Assembly: GCA_043788365.1 (NCBI GenBank)
Contig: JAYVTZ010000002.1
Location: 1-49,207 of the forward strand
Length of the DNA stretch: 49,207 bases
From: Burkholderiaceae bacterium
GTDB taxonomy: Bacteria > Patescibacteriota > Saccharimonadia > Saccharimonadales > AQU-01
Reading direction: 5' to 3'
The position numbers were made by a program, and so were the translations under genes. Below are positions 43,140 through 49,207 of this stretch, piece after piece. The first letter of the stretch is position 1, and each line of letters starts with the position of its first letter. The notes beneath the pieces were generated by a model. That model saw only the letters and a program-made list of their open reading frames with translations, made no database searches and had not been told where the DNA came from.

Positions 43140-44564
43140 ATGACTCAAGAAATAGTACTAGACAATCAGCAAGACGGATCGGTGATTGTATCTATCCTGG
43201 TTATTATGATTTTCTTAACCTCACTTATTTTTAGTTCGATTATTTTGGCCAATGCTAATCTGAGGCGTGCTAAAAGTAGGATTTTATTACTTGAAACGCA
43301 GTACGCCGCAGAATCTGGTGCCGATTCTGTTATCGCCACCTTAAATAATAGTGCAAATCCTACTACCGGGGTCGAAACCACCGTTCTGAGTCAAACAAAT
43401 TACAAAGCTACATTTACTGTTATTAGCGTTAGCGCTGGTGCTACGGCCAAGGAGAAAGTAATCAAAGTAACCGGCAAGGTTTATGCGCCGGCGAGTCTAG
43501 CAAGCGCAAATTATACAAGGACCATAGAGGTTACTGCTCAGCAGAGCAGTCAAACCACGTCTACTTCAATACTTAGCCGAAACATAATAAGTATTACAAG
43601 TGGAGTAAAAAACGTTAATGCCGTCGACATTTATGCTAATGGCTATATCGATATCAATAAGGACACTACTAACTTAATCGCCGAAAATATAACTGTAGCC
43701 GACAGAAACGTCACTGCTGCCAACTGTTCGATTGGCGGTGCTGGTGGAACACTCCTGAAACCAGCCTCATTTACACACGTCGGACAAACCAAAACAAATA
43801 TTACCATCGCTTATAATAACTGTTTTTCGCCCCCAGGTAACACCTCAAACGCTAACTTCAACGTCCTCGCAAACCAAAACTCAATCTCTAAAATTCAATC
43901 TAGTTATATACCTTGGTCCTATATAATGGACGGTTCATACCAAAATGCGCCATCTGGCTGTACCGATTGGACGACTGGTGCCTCACCACGTAGTATACCT
44001 TCTACCGGTAACACCAAAAAAACCCACTACCCGGACAGTGCAAGTGGCGTATCGGCAAGCTGTGGTACCAACGGCGGCATTGCACTAGGCAGCAGCACCT
44101 ACACAATCAAGGACAATGCTCATATCCGTGCTAGTTTATGTGCTGCCGCAGCCTGTACGCCTACATTCAACAATACAAGTGGCTCAACTGCCTTTATTTT
44201 CGTTGAGGGTACTATCAATTTTGACAGCTTAACTACAACGGCCGGGAGTAGCCCAATCATATTCGTTGCCTATGGTGCCGATACCGGCCTAAGAACCGGG
44301 GCATGTCCATATGGCGACGCTGTATACCTTGGCAAAAATGGCAATACCATCGCACCTAAAATCTATTTAATCGCTATGAACGGATTGTGTCTTGAAAAAA
44401 CAAAATTTGGAGCTGCTAATTCACTGGGTGGCGTATCGGGTAAAAATATATTTGTTGATACTAATCCTGGTACGCCTTTTGATCTTGCACTAGACCCAAC
44501 CTTCCCTACTAATCAAATCCCTGTTGACCTGTCTTGGCGAGCGATTCGCTATAGACGTGTTTAA
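43140..44564 (+). CDS. large pilus-associated protein with a PilX-like N-terminal anchor
   Basis: N-terminal GSVIVSILVIMIFLTSLIFSSIILANANLRRAKS (PilX_N-like), followed by a Thr/Asn/Gly-rich extracellular region with several Cys pairs. Confidence 0.55.
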   Translation: MTQEIVLDNQQDGSVIVSILVIMIFLTSLIFSSIILANANLRRAKSRILLLETQYAAESGADSVIATLNNSANPTTGVETTVLSQTNYKATFTVISVSAGATAKEKVIKVTGKVYAPASLASANYTRTIEVTAQQSSQTTSTSILSRNIISITSGVKNVNAVDIYANGYIDINKDTTNLIAENITVADRNVTAANCSIGGAGGTLLKPASFTHVGQTKTNITIAYNNCFSPPGNTSNANFNVLANQNSISKIQSSYIPWSYIMDGSYQNAPSGCTDWTTGASPRSIPSTGNTKKTHYPDSASGVSASCGTNGGIALGSSTYTIKDNAHIRASLCAAAACTPTFNNTSGSTAFIFVEGTINFDSLTTTAGSSPIIFVAYGADTGLRTGACPYGDAVYLGKNGNTIAPKIYLIAMNGLCLEKTKFGAANSLGGVSGKNIFVDTNPGTPFDLALDPTFPTNQIPVDLSWRAIRYRRV

Positions 44565-44642
44565 GATGAACATTGGTATCTGTTCCAGACTAGATTTGTG
44601 CTATAGTTATCATATAAAGTTCTTTTGCTTTGATGGGCAAGC

Positions 44643-45704
44643 ATGAATAACACATATTTTTACCAAGACAAACCAATTTTTGGACTCGACATAGGCTTTA
44701 GCTCACTTAAAGTCATGCAGACCGAAACTAGCACCAAGCATTCGGTCGTTATGGGTTATGGGGTTAACAGCTTTGACCCCTCAATCATCAAGGACGGTGT
44801 GATTGTCGACATACCAGCTATGGCCAAGGCAGCATTTGAATTAATTGATAAAAAAGTCATTGGCGAAATAACCACAAAACGTGTAGTTATGAGTATCCCA
44901 GCACTCAGAACCTTCAACCGTATCATCAAACTTCCTAGACTTTCGAACAAGGAGCTGAACGAAGCCATACGTATGGAAGCCGATCAATACATCCCCGTGC
45001 CAGTAGATGATTTATATATGGACTACACGGTCATGACTCGGACCGACAAAGAGATTGAACTATTGGCCGTTGCAGTGCCTAAGAAGGTAGTTGACTCTTA
45101 TATGGCCTTGGCCGAGGTACTCGGGCTAGAGGTTGTGGCCACAGAAGCTACGATTGCCTCAACTGCCAGGCTATTCGTCCACACCGATATAAGCGACGTA
45201 CCAACTGTGCTTATCGACTTCGGTTCGATCTCTAGTGATATTACTATATTCGACAAAGGCATAATTGTTACTGGTACTGTTAGTGGCGGTGGCGACAACT
45301 TTACCGATTTAATTGCTGACAAGCTGAAGATGTCGCGTCAAGAAGCCCAAGTCATAAAAGCCAAGTATGGCCTGAGCTACAGTAAGAAACAAAAAGACAT
45401 TACAGAGGCCTTGAAGCCAACTCTTGAGCAAATCCTTAAAGAAATCCGCCGCATGATTCGCTACTACGAAGAACGCTATGGTGACGATCGTAAGATTAAG
45501 CAGATTGTAACGCTTGGTGGTGGTGCTAATATGCCTGGACTTAGTGACTATATGACTAGTTCTCTACGTCTACCAGTACGTATGTCTAACCCGTGGCAAC
45601 AACGTGTAAAATTTGACCATCTCCAGCCACCTAGTAGCGTCGAGAGCTCAATGTACGTAACCGTTGCAGGCTTGTCGCTGATGAAACCAAAGGAGATATT
45701 CTAA
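44643..45704 (+). CDS. pilM: type IV pilus assembly protein PilM (actin-like ATPase)
   Basis: GLDIGFSSLKV phosphate-1 motif, DFGSISSDI, and LGGGANMPGL. Confidence 0.85.
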   Translation: MNNTYFYQDKPIFGLDIGFSSLKVMQTETSTKHSVVMGYGVNSFDPSIIKDGVIVDIPAMAKAAFELIDKKVIGEITTKRVVMSIPALRTFNRIIKLPRLSNKELNEAIRMEADQYIPVPVDDLYMDYTVMTRTDKEIELLAVAVPKKVVDSYMALAEVLGLEVVATEATIASTARLFVHTDISDVPTVLIDFGSISSDITIFDKGIIVTGTVSGGGDNFTDLIADKLKMSRQEAQVIKAKYGLSYSKKQKDITEALKPTLEQILKEIRRMIRYYEERYGDDRKIKQIVTLGGGANMPGLSDYMTSSLRLPVRMSNPWQQRVKFDHLQPPSSVESSMYVTVAGLSLMKPKEIF

Positions 45705-46306
45705 TGATTAGTTTATTACCTCCTGATGTTAAGCGAAATATTTCCTATGCTCGTCGCAACGCAAAGTTAGTCCGTTGGCTTAGTGCTCTTGGACTAGGCA
45801 TCGCCGGCACAATAATCGTTGTTTTAGTCGGACTATTCTATATGCAGCAGCAAACTACCAGCCTCCAAAAACAAGTTAGTCAAACGACTGATGAGTTAAA
45901 CGCGCAGAAACTCCCCGAGACCCAAAAACAAGTCGAAGACATCTCAAGTAGTCTTAAACTAGTAGTACAAGTATTGTCTAGAGAAATATTATTCTCGAAG
46001 CTACTCAAACAAATTGGCTCATCTATCCCTGCTAAAGCCAGCCTGACAGGGATTAGTCTGAGTAAGATAACCGGAGGTATTGATTTAACTGCCATTGCGG
46101 CCGACTATAATACCGCCACTCAGGTTCAAGTTAACCTAAAAGATCCTGCCAATAAAATTTTTGACAAAGCCGATATCGTTAATATCACCTGTTCATCTGC
46201 TTCTGGTGCTGATCCAAGATACCCTTGTACGGTTACAATTCGAGCCCAGTTCTCTACTAATAATCCGTTCCTGCTTATAAATACCACCACAAAGGCGACG
46301 AAATAA
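45704..46306 (+). CDS. pilN: PilN-like bitopic protein
   Basis: Short cytoplasmic N-terminus (LLPPDVK), a single TM helix, a coiled coil, and a position after pilM with a 1-nt overlap. Confidence 0.65.
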   Translation: MISLLPPDVKRNISYARRNAKLVRWLSALGLGIAGTIIVVLVGLFYMQQQTTSLQKQVSQTTDELNAQKLPETQKQVEDISSSLKLVVQVLSREILFSKLLKQIGSSIPAKASLTGISLSKITGGIDLTAIAADYNTATQVQVNLKDPANKIFDKADIVNITCSSASGADPRYPCTVTIRAQFSTNNPFLLINTTTKATK

Positions 46307-46938
46307 TGAATAGTAAACGTGTTTATTATGGAATGCTCGGTCTAGTAATAATTCTAGTAATAGCTAATTTTGGCGCAGTCTATCTTGGTAACAGTCTACT
46401 ACAGAAAAAATCTAAAGATTTAGTTGAGGTAAAGCTAAATAGCCAAGTCTTAGAAGGTCAACAAGATTCTATCAAGCAGGCCAAACAAGACATCGATAAA
46501 TATTCAGACCTCTATAAGATTGCTAATTCCATCGTTCCTCAAGACAAGGACCAAGCTAAAGCCGTTCGTGAACTTGTTAATATCGCCAATTCCAACGGCA
46601 TAGTACTTAGTACTATCAGTTTCCCGGCATCAACTCTTGGTCAGTCAGCAGTCAAACCAAAGCCAACCGACGGCGGTAACGCTCAACCAATCGCAGCTGC
46701 CCCAGCTATAACCCAAGTTACGCCAGTTGAAGGTATAAAGGGAGTATCAAGTCTGCAGATTAATATTGCGCTCGACAGCTCAAAGCCAATTACTTACACC
46801 CAACTAATTAGCTTCCTTGAAGCGCTTGAACAAAATCGTCACACAGCTCAAGTTACCAACGTAGCCGTCACACCTGATGCTAAGGATCGAAGCAAACTAA
46901 TTTTTAGTTTAACATTATTAACCTATATCAAGCCGTGA
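46306..46938 (+). CDS. pilO: PilO-like bitopic protein
   Basis: Single TM helix, a coiled coil, and a ferredoxin-like C-terminal region. Start and stop are overlapped with pilN. Confidence 0.6.
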   Translation: MNSKRVYYGMLGLVIILVIANFGAVYLGNSLLQKKSKDLVEVKLNSQVLEGQQDSIKQAKQDIDKYSDLYKIANSIVPQDKDQAKAVRELVNIANSNGIVLSTISFPASTLGQSAVKPKPTDGGNAQPIAAAPAITQVTPVEGIKGVSSLQINIALDSSKPITYTQLISFLEALEQNRHTAQVTNVAVTPDAKDRSKLIFSLTLLTYIKP

Positions 46939-46951
46939 AAGACTGATTATT

Positions 46952-47260
46952 ATGGCATCAAGTAAAATTAATCTAAATAAAATAACCGGTAAACTCTCAG
47001 GTATTAAAAATATATTCATAAAATACCTATCGGTAATTTTTATTGTTATGTTGGTGGGCATGTACAGTTTCTTGGTATTTAGAATTAATAGTCTCGTCTC
47101 AGTTGAACCTTCAGAAGAAGCAGTCAACGAAAAGCTACAAACCGTACAGCGGCCAAAAATTGATCAGTCAGCGGTTACTAAAATTAAGCAGTTACAAGAC
47201 AATAGCGTAAATGTGCAGACACTTTTCAAAGAAGCCCGCGACAATCCTTTCCAAGAGTAG
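46952..47260 (+). CDS. small bitopic membrane protein, last gene of the pilus operon
   Basis: One TM helix (YLSVIFIVMLVGMYSFLVF). It is co-oriented with and 14 nt from pilO. No motif recognised. Confidence 0.5.
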   Translation: MASSKINLNKITGKLSGIKNIFIKYLSVIFIVMLVGMYSFLVFRINSLVSVEPSEEAVNEKLQTVQRPKIDQSAVTKIKQLQDNSVNVQTLFKEARDNPFQE

Positions 47261-47261
47261 G

Positions 47262-47308
47262 CTCGTATCTAGTTTCTAGTATAGTAAGCTTTTTATACTA
47301 ACTACGAG
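47262..47308. terminator. hairpin between convergent genes
   Basis: CTCGTA...TAGTATA-(loop)-TATACTA...TACGAG nested inverted repeat with an internal T-run. Confidence 0.4.
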
Positions 47309-47332
47309 AAACAAGCAACTATATACTGATTG

Positions 47333-47953
47333 TCAGTTGCCAAATTTTTCGACGTAAGCCTCGTGGGCTTTAATGATAATCTGTGACGTTACATTTGGGT
47401 TAGGAATTGTCGTAAAATCGGGTGACGGTTTTTCGCCAGCAGTCTCGACTTCAAGATTACCGTAATGAAAAATTCTTGGCAAAATTCCCTTCTGAATAAC
47501 AGTCACATCTTCAACATTACCGATACCTAATTGACGAACTTGGCGATTAAAGATGCTCTTGTAGACAACTTCAGCCATCTTATCACTAGTCACGAATATG
47601 GTACTGCTCTTATAGATGAATGCTGATAAGGCCGTAGCTGCGAATACTAATCCTCCAGCGATTAAGCCTATAAAAAGAATCATAGCGTTGAATGAATCAC
47701 TACTATTGATGCCCAACGTGTGGGCTAAAGAGGTACTGGTAAGGAGAAAGGCTGCAAGTAACACAGCACCAGTTATGAAGCCGCCCGTCAGCCAAATAAA
47801 CACCAGCCCGATTGGGTGCTTATGGACTTCAGCGAGCACCGTCTCATCATCGTCAAACTCAACATACTTAAATAATCTTTGACCGAGTGGTGTCAGCTGG
47901 TCACACGCCTCTTTACGATGAGGCGACATTTCGGAATTTTCTTCGTTGCTCAT
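47333..47953 (-). CDS. membrane protein with a bacterial PH (YdbS/YdbT-like) domain
   Basis: Two adjacent TM helices followed by a roughly 80-aa beta-rich domain. The HKHPIGLV start matches the bPH_2 pattern. Confidence 0.5.
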   Translation of the reverse strand: MSNEENSEMSPHRKEACDQLTPLGQRLFKYVEFDDDETVLAEVHKHPIGLVFIWLTGGFITGAVLLAAFLLTSTSLAHTLGINSSDSFNAMILFIGLIAGGLVFAATALSAFIYKSSTIFVTSDKMAEVVYKSIFNRQVRQLGIGNVEDVTVIQKGILPRIFHYGNLEVETAGEKPSPDFTTIPNPNVTSQIIIKAHEAYVEKFGN

Positions 47954-47961
47954 GAACTAGA

Positions 47962-49002
47962 TTATAGCAGTTCTGCCTGATTTGGCTTATGGCTATTTTT
48001 TTTACCCAAGTGTTTATAGGCCTTGCTGGTTACTTTGCGACCGCGGGGCGTACGTTCTAGCAAACCTATCTGGAGTAAATATGGCTCAATAAAGTCTTCA
48101 ATCGTTGTCGCCTCGTCTCCCAAAATAGCCGCTAAAGTATTTAGACCAACCGGGCCACCGTCATGTAAATCGATAATAGTTGACAGTAGTAGTCGGTCGG
48201 CTGGGTCAAGACCAATGGAGTCAATTTCTAATAATTTCAGAGCTTTTTCGGTCTGGTTGATGTCGATTATGCCATCACCGTTAATATCGGCATAGTCGCG
48301 GACTCTTTTAAGCAAACGATTAGCAATTCTTGGCGTTAATCTGGCTCTGGTTGACAGCGCATCGGCGGCCGGCTTATCAATTTTTGAACCGAGAATTGAT
48401 GCCGAACGAGTAACAATTTGAGCAATTTCGCTCGGGTCATAAAACTCTAGTCGGTGAATCATACCAAAGCGATCACGTAATGGCGCTGCTAGTGCACCAG
48501 TTCGAGTTGTGGCACCAATCAAAGTAAATTTCGGTAAATCTAGACGGAGACTTTTAGCACTTGGGCCTTTGCCAAGCATAATATCAATCGCGTAATCTTC
48601 CATCGCGCTATAAAGCACTTCTTCGACACTACGATTAAGTCGATGGATCTCATCGATAAATAATATGTCACCATCTTGAAGGTTGGTAAGTAGACTAGCG
48701 AGGTCAGCCGCCCTATCAATTGCTGGGCCACTAGTAATCCTAATTTGGGCGCCCATTTCGTTTGCGATGACACTAGCAAGCGTAGTTTTACCAAGTCCGG
48801 GCGGCCCATATAACAACACATGGTCAATCGGCTCTTCGCGTTTTTTTGCAGCATCAATTGCTAATTTTAGATTGGTCTTTATGCGTTCCTGGCCAATCAT
48901 ATCTGCAAAAGTTCGGGGCCGTAGCGTCACCTCAATCAGTGCATCATCGTCGTTATCATCTGTAGTTGAACTTTGAGTATTAACTATTCTTTCAATTGCC
49001 AT
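47962..49002 (-). CDS. ruvB: Holliday junction branch migration ATPase RuvB
   Basis: Walker [10 protein letters not shown], Walker B LFIDEIH, sensor and winged-helix regions. Confidence 0.97.
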   Translation of the reverse strand: MAIERIVNTQSSTTDDNDDDALIEVTLRPRTFADMIGQERIKTNLKLAIDAAKKREEPIDHVLLYGPPGLGKTTLASVIANEMGAQIRITSGPAIDRAADLASLLTNLQDGDILFIDEIHRLNRSVEEVLYSAMEDYAIDIMLGKGPSAKSLRLDLPKFTLIGATTRTGALAAPLRDRFGMIHRLEFYDPSEIAQIVTRSASILGSKIDKPAADALSTRARLTPRIANRLLKRVRDYADINGDGIIDINQTEKALKLLEIDSIGLDPADRLLLSTIIDLHDGGPVGLNTLAAILGDEATTIEDFIEPYLLQIGLLERTPRGRKVTSKAYKHLGKKNSHKPNQAELL

Positions 49003-49003
49003 G

Positions 49004-49207
49004 TTATCTCCTAAGTGCCTGTTTTACGCGCTCCTCGGTTGATAGGTCTGTATCTATCTTGCTCAGTGCCATGGCGGCGTCTTCACGGCTATAGCCAAGG
49101 CCAACAAGTGCCTGTAACGCCTCATCACGTTCATTAACTGCCATTCCATGCAAGAAGGCCGTCGCATCTTCAGAAGCCTCTAGGCCTACCTTGTTCTTAA
49201 GGTCAAC
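49004..49207 (-). CDS. ruvA: RuvA, C-terminal part (5' end outside the window)
   Basis: My translation of the minus strand: [67 protein letters not shown]. The stop lies 1 nt before the ruvB ATG. The layout is that of RuvA domain III. Confidence 0.8.
   Translation of the reverse strand, partial: VDLKNKVGLEASEDATAFLHGMAVNERDEALQALVGLGYSREDAAMALSKIDTDLSTEERVKQALRR

Overview
This is a compact, AT-rich bacterial chromosome segment. It contains about 50 protein genes, 5 tRNA genes, and no rRNA, CRISPR array, transposase, integrase or prophage genes. The gene content points to a monoderm, reduced-genome organism, plausibly Patescibacteria/CPR and Saccharibacteria-like; this is inference only. The supporting features are a sortase with LPXTG substrates, a type IV pilus cluster with no secretin, many short or fused housekeeping genes, and sigma70-type promoters.

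Recognisable housekeeping genes:
- folC-like Mur ligase, murB, glyA, and a NUDIX hydrolase
- an HTH-murA fusion
- recA-recX, rny-ymdB-CYTH, tsaB/tsaE, and ruvB plus the 3' end of ruvA

Surface and envelope loci:
- a Tat-signal LPXTG repeat protein
- a processive GT2 synthase, a sortase, a 55-aa LPHTG mini-protein missing from the ORF track, a CBM/Ig/CE4 deacetylase and a putative hydrolase
- a lamin-tail-domain protein
- pilB-pilC, three pilin-like genes, and pilM-pilN-pilO

The most unusual signal is non-coding and surrounds the tRNA genes:
1. The 3' end of tRNA-Arg(TCT) is reiterated four times downstream. The copies delimit small structured modules, and two of these modules show compensatory stem changes. 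One interval carries a methyltransferase gene.
2. tRNA-His and tRNA-Pro sit in homologous cassettes of about 470 nt. Each has a promoter, a leader with hairpins that share the invariant loop AGAGGATT over covarying stems, an identical 17-mer just before the mature 5' end, the tRNA, a terminator hairpin that pairs with the encoded CCA end, and a trailer with a pseudo tRNA 3' half interrupted in its T-loop.

I could not run tRNAscan, Infernal, BLAST or HMM searches. All protein calls rest on motifs I recognised by eye.
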